Source: a virus
Taxonomy: Duplodnaviria; Heunggongvirae; Uroviricota; Caudoviricetes
IMG/VR virus record: IMGVR_UViG_2698536618_000003
Reading direction: 5' to 3' (one strand)
Length of the DNA stretch: 10,947 nt
The notes under the pieces were generated by a model. It was given only the letters and a program-made list of their open reading frames with translations, was not told where the DNA came from and did not search any database. The translations under genes were made by a program, and so were the position numbers. Shown one piece after another: positions 1 to 7,060 of the stretch (within the stretch, counting starts at the first letter, position 1; every line of letters starts with the position of its first letter).

Positions 1-83
1 ATCGTGCGCCATCGGTTGTCTCTGCTGGCGCAGCAGGTGCCAGTTGTTCAGGCTGGCGTGCGAATTGTAAACCAGAATGCCAG

Positions 84-109
84 GAAAAAACAAAACCCGC
101 CGAAGCGGG
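84..109 (-). terminator. Rho-independent terminator downstream of the hok-like gene
   Basis: Stem CCCGC (96-100) / GCGGG (105-109) with a 4-nt loop. Read on the minus strand the hairpin is followed by a U-run (plus-strand A-run 84-95). It lies about 70 nt beyond the hok stop. Confidence 0.55.
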
Positions 110-179
110 TTAAGTGCGGGTGCGTTGAGGATGCCTGATTCATCAGAGGTGGCGAGGGATTTCTCCCCCGCCGGGTCTC

Positions 180-335
180 TTACTCCTCAGGTTCGTAAGC
201 TGTGAAGACAGCGACCTCCGTCTGGCCGGTTCGGACTCGTACCTCGCAGAGGTCTTTCCTCGTTACCAGTGCCGTCACTATGACGGTTAAACAGATGACG
301 ATCAGGGCGATTAACATCGCCTTTTGCTGCTTCAT
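180..335 (-). CDS. hokD: Hok/Gef-family type I toxin (51 aa)
   Basis: Translation MKQQKAMLIALIVICLTVIVTALVTRKDLCEVRVRTGQTEVAVFTAYEPEE has one hydrophobic helix and the conserved C..C tail of Hok/Gef toxins. It is near-identical to my recollection of E. coli HokD/RelF (unverified). ATG at 335-333 with AAGGAG about 10 nt upstream. The track ORF 180-392 is an in-frame upstream extension of this gene. Confidence 0.85.
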   Translation of the reverse strand: MKQQKAMLIALIVICLTVIVTALVTRKDLCEVRVRTGQTEVAVFTAYEPEE

Positions 336-580
336 AGCCTGCTTCTCCTTGCCTTTCGGCACGTAAGAGGCTAACCTACGTTTGTGAAGCATAGATTGGG
401 CCTCAGATTAATGTTAAGCGTCTTGCAGGACGCGTAATGTTAACTGGGGCTTTTCTCTGTCTGCCTTACGGTGGCATGCCCGAGGCAGACAGCCTCAAGC
501 ACCCGCAGCAATTCTACTTAACTCTCGCTTTACCGCAAACCGTTTTTACCCGATATGGGAATTCCCATATCGTAATGAAT

Positions 581-685
581 TCAGTTCCCTAGTCGATCCA
601 TCAAAAACACAACCAGGCAGTAAACGCCCACAACAGCAACAACAGCCAGCGCACCTTCCATTGCCAGTGATATATCATCCGACAT
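581..685 (-). CDS. Small hydrophobic peptide (34 aa), predicted single-pass membrane protein
   Basis: Hand translation of the minus strand gives MSDDISLAMEGALAVVAVVGVYCLVVFLMDRLGN. ATG at 685-683 with GGAGGG 3-4 nt upstream (plus-strand CCCTCC 689-694); stop TGA at 583-581. Below the length cutoff of the ORF track. Confidence 0.4.
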   Translation of the reverse strand: MSDDISLAMEGALAVVAVVGVYCLVVFLMDRLGN

Positions 686-726
686 ATTCCCTCCTTTGGT
701 GTTAATCCCGGCGAACGTTTTTACCC

Positions 727-804
727 TCACCGACAAATAACATATACTAAAAAAGCGATAGCCATAGCAACGCCTGTAATTGCAAATGCTTCAGGCCAGT
801 TCAT
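727..804 (-). CDS. Small hydrophobic peptide (25 aa), translationally coupled to the upstream DUF551 gene
   Basis: Hand translation gives MNWPEAFAITGVAMAIAFLVYVICR. ATG at 804-802 overlaps the TGA stop of the 801-1670 gene (ATGA). GGAGG lies 7 nt upstream (plus-strand 809-813). Confidence 0.4.
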   Translation of the reverse strand: MNWPEAFAITGVAMAIAFLVYVICR

Positions 805-1670
805 TGGCGCACCTCCTGCGGCGGTTCTGGTAGAGGCATCCAGTGTGATGGTATCCACGACGCACCAGGTATTATCCACCCATCATTAGCGTCAGGATGC
901 CCCGGGATGTAAGTCGCCCATTTCATTCGCCAGTCACCTTTCCTGCCAAAATCCCTGGCAACAAGAACGGCTGTTTTGGTATCCGGCATTCGCTCACTAC
1001 AGCTTATCCAACTATCCTGAGTTACCGGATAGTTGCCCGATAGTGCATTCTGCTCCAGTGATGCTTTTACAAACCACGCTGCCTGAACTATAACGCCATG
1101 AATCCAGCGCAAATCAGCATCGCGATCTTTCTTTTTCATCTTTTCGCCACTTAAGGCCTTGCTTATGTGGCTGCGTGCCAGGTCTTCATGTAATTCCTTC
1201 GCCTCCTCAATGGTGAAACCACCAGGCAGAAGAGCCGGAGTTACCGGAGAGCTGGTTGACGCTTCCGGGATTTTCCGAAAATTATTGGTTGACGAATCTT
1301 TATTTTCCCGAAAGTTTCCGGACTGAAACATGGCTTCGCGGCAATCGTTCCAGCCTGTAGCGTATGCAGCCGCTTTGCTGCTGCCTTCAACTGGCGCATC
1401 CTGCCAATACATTTCTTCCGGCACTATCGGCGCTGGAGGGGCGGCAAATAGATATCCGCCAAAGTCAGGAAGCTCTCTAATGGCCTGTACAAATTTTTGT
1501 TTGCCTACGTCAACCCCTAATGGGTAATGAGCTATAATCTTTGCCACCGGCTCTGCTTCCAGCGATGCCAGCGCAATCCGTGCCAGTTCCATTTGTTCAC
1601 CACGGGTAAGCCCGTTTTCAAGCGGATTTTTAATGAACAATTCAATACGTTCTTTGGTAATAGTGGTCAT
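801..1670 (-). CDS. Phage protein with C-terminal DUF551-like domain (289 aa)
   Basis: ATG at 1670 with AAGGAG 8 nt upstream. The Trp-rich C-terminal segment (…GDWRMKWATYIPGHPDANDGWIIPGASWIPSHWMPLPEPP) matches what I recall of the DUF551 domain common in lambdoid prophage nin/ea regions. Confidence 0.8.
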   Translation of the reverse strand: MTTITKERIELFIKNPLENGLTRGEQMELARIALASLEAEPVAKIIAHYPLGVDVGKQKFVQAIRELPDFGGYLFAAPPAPIVPEEMYWQDAPVEGSSKAAAYATGWNDCREAMFQSGNFRENKDSSTNNFRKIPEASTSSPVTPALLPGGFTIEEAKELHEDLARSHISKALSGEKMKKKDRDADLRWIHGVIVQAAWFVKASLEQNALSGNYPVTQDSWISCSERMPDTKTAVLVARDFGRKGDWRMKWATYIPGHPDANDGWIIPGASWIPSHWMPLPEPPQEVRQ

Positions 1671-1680
1671 GTGTTACTCC

Positions 1681-1944
1681 TTAACCCGCAGTGCTTTCAA
1701 CTGATGAGGGGAACAAAATCTTTTCATCAAACCCTGCATTCATATCATGAACAGCAACACACCAATCCATCGACGAACGATTATCAAGAGCCTCCATGAT
1801 TTCATCCATGCGGCGTAGGTCATACAGGTAAATGCTTTTATCGCCAATGGTGTAAAAGCCAATTTTTTTCGGTGATGGACAGCGATCAAGAACTTCCTGT
1901 AATTCGTTCAACCATGCCCGTTCTTTTTTTGTCAAAGTTGCCAT
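1681..1944 (-). CDS. Hypothetical phage protein (87 aa)
   Basis: Internal ATG at 1944-1942 (MATLTKKERAWLNEL…) with AAGGA about 8 nt upstream. The track ORF extends to 2034 but lacks an RBS there. Stop is 10 nt before the next gene start. Confidence 0.65.
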   Translation of the reverse strand: MATLTKKERAWLNELQEVLDRCPSPKKIGFYTIGDKSIYLYDLRRMDEIMEALDNRSSMDWCVAVHDMNAGFDEKILFPSSVESTAG

Positions 1945-2195
1945 ATCAGTTTTCCTTATACGGATTAATTTTATTGTGCAGTGTGTTGAATGACGCCCAT
2001 ACCACGTCGTTATACAATTCAATAACTGGCTCAATTATTTTTCCGATTATCCAGACTAGGATTAACGGGGATATCGGTATCATCAACACGATAAACAGAA
2101 TGAGAAACAGAAATTCTGTTGTTCTACTCTTTCGCGGATATTTTTTCTAAATAATGTGACCATTCATTACCGCCCTTTCGGGCGGCCTCCTGACA

Positions 2196-2408
2196 TTAAT
2201 CGTTGTGATAACTCATAGCTTCATTTGCAGCATCAACTGGATCAACCTCCCTCCAGCAATAATTTGGGTCGGCTCCTTCAGGCGTCCACGGTTCTAATTC
2301 ATTTTTTGCCGCATTCTCATCGCCAGTAATTTTAAAAATCTGCTCAGAGAATTTTCTTGCCCACTCGTTATATTTTTCCGCATTAATGGCTTTCTGTGTA
2401 TTTAACAT
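2196..2408 (-). CDS. Hypothetical phage protein (70 aa)
   Basis: ATG at 2408 with GGAGGTG 7 nt upstream. An acidic small protein; no family recognised. Confidence 0.65.
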   Translation of the reverse strand: MLNTQKAINAEKYNEWARKFSEQIFKITGDENAAKNELEPWTPEGADPNYCWREVDPVDAANEAMSYHND

Positions 2409-2458
2409 AAATACACCTCCAGTTAAGGATTAGATTTTATTTACAGCGCTAAATTTAT

Positions 2459-2815
2459 TTATTCAGTTCTGGATTTTGTCACCCTGCGTATCCGCGCTTT
2501 CGCGTTACGCTCAATCTGAATTAACTTTTCTATATTTTTCCGCCTTTCCTGTTCCTCCTGGCGCAATAGCTTTACATCATCTGCCAGCCTAGTTTCTCTT
2601 TTCGCCACAGAGAGCATCCAGTCAAATGGCTCCACAACTGCACCGCAGATTTTACAGCGGACCTGACGCTCTTTTTCGTCAACCCGGACAGAGGCGTGAT
2701 GACAATATGGTCTTTCCGATGGCTCATAAAGAAAATTAACCTGATTACGAGGGTCATCCTCTTTTACCGGAAATAAAACGATATTGCTTAACTCATCCTC
2801 TGGTTTTATTTCCAT
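2459..2815 (-). CDS. Hypothetical phage protein with putative zinc-ribbon (C-HH … CxxC), 118 aa
   Basis: ATG at 2815 with AAGGAGAGGAG upstream. Motif YCHH…(17 aa)…CKIC suggests a zinc-binding site. Basic C-terminal tail. Confidence 0.7.
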   Translation of the reverse strand: MEIKPEDELSNIVLFPVKEDDPRNQVNFLYEPSERPYCHHASVRVDEKERQVRCKICGAVVEPFDWMLSVAKRETRLADDVKLLRQEEQERRKNIEKLIQIERNAKARIRRVTKSRTE

Positions 2816-3254
2816 GCTCCTCTCCTTTGATGCGAATGCCAGCGACGCGTAATGCGTGTTCTAGGTCAATCAGGTAAAGCCAACTGCCATTTTCTTTAGG
2901 TATCATGACATGTCGCTCATCTGCATTTATCGGGTGTCCATATCGAAGGTCGTAGCGAGTCGGTAATTGAACTTCCCGCGCTTCCAGTTCAGCAATACGC
3001 TTGCTCCCATCAGAGATAACGCCTTCGTAATACTCACGCTGCTCGTTGAGTTGTGATTTTGCTTCTTCCAGTCCATCCAGCAAATCAGCGATAATATCCG
3101 CTTCCCGATGACGGATGTGACGCTTAAACGCAGCAAGAGCCGCATCACAATCCCGTTCAGCATTTGGGCTGTCCGGGATAGCCTGATACCACGCCAGCGT
3201 CGACTGATAGTTTTGTGCTGCCTCACGAAGCGCCTCATAGTTAACCTCTCTCAT
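2793..3254 (-). CDS. Hypothetical phage protein (153 aa), coiled-coil-rich
   Basis: ATG at 3254 with AGGAGGTG 7 nt upstream; its start overlaps the stop of the upstream gene (ATGA). Its 3' end overlaps the next gene start by 23 nt. Confidence 0.7.
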   Translation of the reverse strand: MREVNYEALREAAQNYQSTLAWYQAIPDSPNAERDCDAALAAFKRHIRHREADIIADLLDGLEEAKSQLNEQREYYEGVISDGSKRIAELEAREVQLPTRYDLRYGHPINADERHVMIPKENGSWLYLIDLEHALRVAGIRIKGEEHGNKTRG

Positions 3255-3547
3255 TGAGCCACCTCCTGATAAATCACCGCATGCCCCAGTTTCTCCGCCA
3301 GTGCCAGCTCTGCCTTAGCGCCCGCTGACCGCTGCCAGCCATTCAGCATGTAAATCGCATCCACACAACGAATCATTGCCATGCAAATATCCATGTAGTG
3401 CGGCTGTGTCAGCCCGTCCGGAAGTACTGCCGGGTTTAAGACGGTATGCCCTTCCCGTTTCAGTTCCTCTTCCGCCTTGTGAAACGCCTCACGGTTGAAA
3501 TTTTCATATCCCGTCATTGGACCGGCAATATAAACTCTGACCCTCAC
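3251..3547 (-). CDS. DUF4406-like (nucleoside 2-deoxyribosyltransferase-like fold) protein, about 98 aa
   Basis: Motif VYIAGPMTGYENFNREAFHKAEEELK is characteristic of DUF4406. Start reassigned to GTG at 3547-3545, which overlaps the upstream stop (GTGA) and has AGGAGG 8 nt upstream. The track ORF runs on to 3616 with no RBS. Confidence 0.75.
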   Translation of the reverse strand: MRVRVYIAGPMTGYENFNREAFHKAEEELKREGHTVLNPAVLPDGLTQPHYMDICMAMIRCVDAIYMLNGWQRSAGAKAELALAEKLGHAVIYQEVAQ

Positions 3548-3936
3548 TCCATCACCTCCTGAAAGTTTCCCCGATAGAACGCCAGCACACGCTGCATAAC
3601 TTCGCTCTGGCGGCACTCACGACAAATTATGTTCTGCCGTCTGTTGTAACGACGTATTTCTCCGTCAGGTAACTTTCGAATCAGTGTCGGGTCAGCAGCC
3701 TTCTCCGGTGTCTTACGCCATACGCGATACGCCTGCTCTGATGGAAATACCCCGCAACCAGAGAGCCAGACATCACCACTGGCCGCAAGCGCACCAGATA
3801 AACGACGAATAGCGGTCTTACTGACCCCCGTTTTATCTGCCAGTTGTCGAAAAGTTTCTCGTCCGCTCAGGCGCACGAATTCCACAATGCGCGCCTTCAC
3901 TTCTTCCCGCTCTTCTGGTGTAAATACTTTTGCCAT
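3544..3936 (-). CDS. Hypothetical phage protein with HTH-like segment (130 aa)
   Basis: ATG at 3936-3934 with GGAGG 5 nt upstream (the track start at 3951 is TTG). The segment FRQLADKTGVSKTAIRRL looks like a helix-turn-helix. CxxC at RECRQ. Confidence 0.7.
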   Translation of the reverse strand: MAKVFTPEEREEVKARIVEFVRLSGRETFRQLADKTGVSKTAIRRLSGALAASGDVWLSGCGVFPSEQAYRVWRKTPEKAADPTLIRKLPDGEIRRYNRRQNIICRECRQSEVMQRVLAFYRGNFQEVME

Positions 3937-3951
3937 AAGCGCCTCCGGCAA

Positions 3952-4722
3952 TCACTTTTCCGATACAACACGGCGGGAAGAATCAGTAATCTGTCGAACA
4001 ATATCCCGGTGCTTGTTCAGCTCCCGCAGCGCGGCGCAGACTCGCTCCCACTTCTGAACATCACTTTTCGCCCTGCGCAGCGCCAGGTTTGCCCTGCGAA
4101 GGGACGGAAAAATCAGCTCATCTGCTTGCGTTTCGGTAAACGATGGCAACGGCTGCACAATGTCCGCCACAGTTTCTGTTTTAATTTCTTCCTGTGTTGC
4201 GGCTTCCCGGACTGGTAACGCAGCACCTGCTGGCTGAGGAAAGGCCTTACCATCACTTTCCGTTACCAGCGCGGCTTTCGGCTCTGCTGGTAAATTATCG
4301 CCCGGCATGCAGTAACGAAATTTACCGTTCTGATTAACGCGTGCCAGCCGCCCCGTTGCGGTTACCACCGCCAGCGTGGAGGCAACCTTGCGAGTACTGA
4401 CGCCGAACTTACCCGCCAGTTCCTCACACGTTTTAGCACCATCCTGACCGATAAACTCAATCATCATGTCTGCGGTAACTTTTTGTTCGACCTCCCCGCT
4501 CAGCATATCCTGTGCTTCAGATTTTACTGGCCGCTCTTCGGTTACCCGGGATTCACCTTCGCCAGCCAGAAACCAGGTGTGACCAGTTTTATCAACGACG
4601 CCATTTCTTTTGAGTTCCCACAGCTCGTTGAGAACCTCTTCACGACTGATATCAAGTCGCGCGGCCAGTTCTACCGATGTGGCTTTTCCCATTGCTTTCA
4701 GTGCGTCAAATACGGTTTCCAT
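3952..4722 (-). CDS. Hypothetical phage protein with two winged-helix-like segments (256 aa)
   Basis: ATG at 4722-4720 with GGAGG 8 nt upstream (the track start at 4740 is TTG). Two HTH-like segments, near residues 1-55 and 90-140. Function unknown. Confidence 0.75.
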   Translation of the reverse strand: METVFDALKAMGKATSVELAARLDISREEVLNELWELKRNGVVDKTGHTWFLAGEGESRVTEERPVKSEAQDMLSGEVEQKVTADMMIEFIGQDGAKTCEELAGKFGVSTRKVASTLAVVTATGRLARVNQNGKFRYCMPGDNLPAEPKAALVTESDGKAFPQPAGAALPVREAATQEEIKTETVADIVQPLPSFTETQADELIFPSLRRANLALRRAKSDVQKWERVCAALRELNKHRDIVRQITDSSRRVVSEK

Positions 4723-4755
4723 TAAAATTTCCTCCGACAAAATCGTTTCTCAGAT

Positions 4756-5421
4756 TCAAATAAAACCAGCTGCCTTCCGGCGTTCGTATTCCTGTTTCAG
4801 CCGTTCAATTGGCGTTGGCCCTTGCGGGTGTTTCGCCCCTTCCAGTTGTCGTCGCACTGGCGGAACACTCATCCCGTTACCAACATGCTTTGCCCATTTC
4901 GTCAGTTGCCGTTCCGCAAGTCGTTTTAACTCACCCTGCGTCATCTGGCGCTCAATCCCTCTGGTACGCATTTCGAGGCAGATGTGGTACAGCACAGGCT
5001 GAGGCCACGGATATTTGTCGCTTCCGTCATATCGCCAGGACTCATCACGCCAGCGGCGGTACTCCTCCATCACAGCATCCACCGTCAGGCCAAATGGATT
5101 GGCCCCGCTTTCTGAAATCAGCGCCACAAACTCAGCCAGGTCCGGAGGCCATGTTTCACCCGCCCGGCAGCGGTCCATGCACTGGCGGCAGACCTGTCGG
5201 ATTTGCTGCTCAGTCATCGCGCCAATCTGTGCAATCCAGAGCTTCGAAGGTGCGGCCCCGTTCTTCTGGGTCCAGCGGTTCGAATAAACCTCCCCCATGA
5301 GTTCCCACAGCTTCCAGGCCGTTTCTGTCGCTGATAAATCCGTTTTCACGTTCCCACTGCTCACGTGCTGCCCGAATTTCCTGAACTGCCCGTGATGCGG
5401 TGCCACCTGGTGCTGCTGCAT
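4756..5421 (-). CDS. Lambda P-like replication protein (putative DnaB helicase loader), 221 aa
   Basis: ATG at 5421 with a strong GGGGG SD 6 nt upstream. The central region (…WPPDLAEFVAL…YPWPQPVLYHI…ELKRLAERQL…) aligns by eye to lambda P (…PSPGQFVAW…YPWKSNAHYWL…ELRRKAADEL…). Confidence 0.75.
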   Translation of the reverse strand: MQQHQVAPHHGQFRKFGQHVSSGNVKTDLSATETAWKLWELMGEVYSNRWTQKNGAAPSKLWIAQIGAMTEQQIRQVCRQCMDRCRAGETWPPDLAEFVALISESGANPFGLTVDAVMEEYRRWRDESWRYDGSDKYPWPQPVLYHICLEMRTRGIERQMTQGELKRLAERQLTKWAKHVGNGMSVPPVRRQLEGAKHPQGPTPIERLKQEYERRKAAGFI

Positions 5422-6250
5422 GGTTTACCCCCTTGCTGACTGGTTTAACCTGCGCCCTGACGTGATTTACGTGACGGGCGAATTTCTGCTCCCACTGAAT
5501 CTGCGTAAACACTTTCCCCTCCGCTGCCCAGTAGTCCCGGAAGGCGGCAAGTTCAGCAGGTGTAAATTCAGTCTCCGGCAAAGCCATCCCCCACAACGCA
5601 GCCCGTCGTCGAAAATCCCGTGACGGATACCAGCTATCGGTCATCGGAAATTTTCCGATGGGTTCGCTCAGGCCATCCAGGAATACAAGGGGTGCTGCCT
5701 GTAACGACAAAACTTCATGCTCACTGGTCGGAGCACTCTCGCGTGCGTTATGTGTGGGGTTTAGATCTTTGGGTTCCTTTGGGTTCCGTGATCCGTTTTT
5801 GGGTGTCTTTGATGGAAAATTTGGGTGTCTTTGGTTATTTTCCATGCAGCTAAGAGTTCCGTTTTTGGGTCTGTTTTGTGCTGAAACATAACCATTTTCG
5901 GTACTGTTTTTATTAACAGTACCAATTTTACCCACCTTTAAAGACTCCCGTTTTTGGGTGTATTCAGGCTCGGCAACACTTTCTTCTACACCGATAAGTC
6001 GGTACACCACAATTTGCTTTGTTCTGCCTTTTCTCTCACCGGTATCAACAATTAACCCAATCTCCATCAGGTGTCGTAAGCTGTCCTGCACAGTCTTTTT
6101 GTTCAGTTCCGTTACTTCTGCCAGTGCAGATACAGACGGGTATGCACACAAATCGGCACCGCACATATCAGCAAGCCAGGTCAATACAGACTTACTGGAT
6201 GAACTGCCGGTTTTCACCTTTTTAGCCCATCGTAGTGCATCGATACTCAT
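5210..6250 (-). CDS. Replication initiator, lambda O-like: N-terminal HTH, repetitive linker, C-terminal domain (about 346 aa)
   Basis: Start placed at ATG 6250-6248 (MSIDALRWAKK…); the track ORF extends to 6325. N-terminal HTH, then a PKNG/PKEPK-repeat linker encoded by the iteron DNA. Gene order (Cro-like, YdaT-like, this gene, P-like) matches lambda cro-cII-O-P. Confidence 0.75.
   Translation of the reverse strand: MSIDALRWAKKVKTGSSSSKSVLTWLADMCGADLCAYPSVSALAEVTELNKKTVQDSLRHLMEIGLIVDTGERKGRTKQIVVYRLIGVEESVAEPEYTQKRESLKVGKIGTVNKNSTENGYVSAQNRPKNGTLSCMENNQRHPNFPSKTPKNGSRNPKEPKDLNPTHNARESAPTSEHEVLSLQAAPLVFLDGLSEPIGKFPMTDSWYPSRDFRRRAALWGMALPETEFTPAELAAFRDYWAAEGKVFTQIQWEQKFARHVNHVRAQVKPVSKGVNHAAAPGGTASRAVQEIRAAREQWERENGFISDRNGLEAVGTHGGGLFEPLDPEERGRTFEALDCTDWRDD
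5767..5965. repeat. Iteron-like direct repeats (putative phage origin) inside the O-like gene
   Basis: At least 5-6 copies of a motif with core TTTGGGT(G/T)(T/C): 5768-5777, 5778-5787, 5793-5811, 5820-5834, 5857-5878, 5948-5965. Between copies lies an AT-rich stretch with a 9-bp inverted repeat GGTACTGTT/AACAGTACC (about 5900-5923). Confidence 0.6.
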
Positions 6251-6773
6251 ACGAACCCCTGGCAGACATTTGTTTATCTGCAAAGTAATATTGATATTGC
6301 TGACGATACGCATGCTTGAAAGCAATAGCTTTTTCTATAAGCTCGTCAGTCTCACGTTCCACAACAGATGGATCCGCAAAAAGCAGCCCGGACTCCACCA
6401 CATCGCCATATTCTTTGTTTAACCCGGCGATCATGTACGTAATGCTTTTCCCGTCAGTAATTTCACAATACAACCTGAAATCGCTGATCCGGATAGCCTC
6501 CATAATTGCCGGAATCAGCGCCGTGAATTTTTCCCGCTTATCCCTGGTGTCGATAGCTTTCCAGCGTTCGAATATCTTCACCCGGTTAACGCCCAGCGCC
6601 CGTTGATCAACCTCGCCATCATTAAACGTGACGCGTTGAACATCGATGTTCGGGCGTTCTTTCAGAGCCCAGAATGCTTCCGTGATTAATATCGTCGCTT
6701 GCTCCTGTGTCATTCCTGGTCGACATACCCAGGTATCCAGAGCCTCACAAACCTGTTCAGGGGTGATTTTCAT
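6222..6773 (-). CDS. YdaT-like protein occupying the cII position (183 aa)
   Basis: ATG at 6773 overlaps the 3' end of the upstream Cro-like gene by 17 nt. Sits directly downstream of a YdaS/DicC-family gene as in the Rac ydaS-ydaT pair. Family assignment is from context and weak remembered similarity only. Confidence 0.6.
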   Translation of the reverse strand: MKITPEQVCEALDTWVCRPGMTQEQATILITEAFWALKERPNIDVQRVTFNDGEVDQRALGVNRVKIFERWKAIDTRDKREKFTALIPAIMEAIRISDFRLYCEITDGKSITYMIAGLNKEYGDVVESGLLFADPSVVERETDELIEKAIAFKHAYRQQYQYYFADKQMSARGSYEYRCTTMG

Positions 6774-6984
6774 TGTTCAACCGCCCCGCCCGCTTTGCCT
6801 TACGATATTCGTCATAAACTTTGGGGTCGTACTGAAGTTCCCCGCCGGATGCCTCCTGTAGACGCATCGCGCGACCTTCAGGAACCAGTTTCCCCCATGC
6901 AGCAACGCTTGCCAGCCTAACTCCTGCGGCATTGGCAAGCTTTGTTTTGCTGCCAAAAAACGCTATAGCATCAATTTTCAACAT
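6757..6984 (-). CDS. dicC: Cro-like regulator, DicC/YdaS family (75 aa)
   Basis: ATG at 6984 with AAGGAG 7 nt upstream. Small protein divergent from the DicA-like repressor. The motif …LVPEGRAMRLQEASGGELQYDPKVY… is as I recall for YdaS/DicC-family proteins (unverified). Confidence 0.75.
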   Translation of the reverse strand: MLKIDAIAFFGSKTKLANAAGVRLASVAAWGKLVPEGRAMRLQEASGGELQYDPKVYDEYRKAKRAGRLNNENHP

Positions 6985-7060
6985 ATCGAACTCCTTAGGT
7001 TTTCCTAAGGAAACTAGATCGTAGAGAAACCTAAGTCAAGAAAAATTAGAATTACCTAAT
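6985..7060. promoter_or_regulatory. Divergent promoter/operator region between dicC-like and dicA-like genes
   Basis: Perfect inverted repeat CCTTAGG-TTTT-CCTAAGG at 6993-7010, with a related half-site CTTAGGTTTCTC nearby. Minus-strand promoter candidate TTGACT-17-TAGTTT. Plus-strand -10 candidate TAGAAT at 7044-7049, only about 11 nt before the dicA ATG and with no SD, suggesting a leaderless transcript. Confidence 0.55.

Noticed and set aside
1-136. Open plus-strand frame at the window start (1-136) and a possible minus-strand ATG at 12-10
   Set aside because: Too little sequence within the window, no RBS visible, and the region is crossed by the hok terminator hairpin. Cannot be supported as a gene.
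1330-1799. Plus-strand ORFs 1330-1527 and 1527-1799 from the track
   Set aside because: They are antisense to the well-supported DUF551 gene (801-1670), lack SDs and have low-complexity translations. Most likely shadow ORFs.
2572-3238. Nested minus-strand ORFs 2572-2757 and 2927-3238 from the track
   Set aside because: They are alternative frames inside the better-supported 2459-2815 and 2793-3254 genes, with no independent RBS.
5767-5965. Possible CRISPR array suggested by direct repeats
   Set aside because: Repeats are short (about 10-19 bp), imperfect, irregularly spaced and inside a coding sequence. They fit origin iterons, not CRISPR repeats and spacers.
3844-6606. Plus-strand track ORFs antisense to the replication and nin-like genes (3844-4218, 4483-4725, 4610-5002, 4809-5300, 5015-5287, 5420-5891, 5958-6422, 6019-6225, 6316-6606)
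   Set aside because: All lie inside minus-strand genes that have strong SDs and recognisable homology. None has a convincing RBS, and their translations are Ser/Arg/Cys-rich in the way typical of antisense frames.
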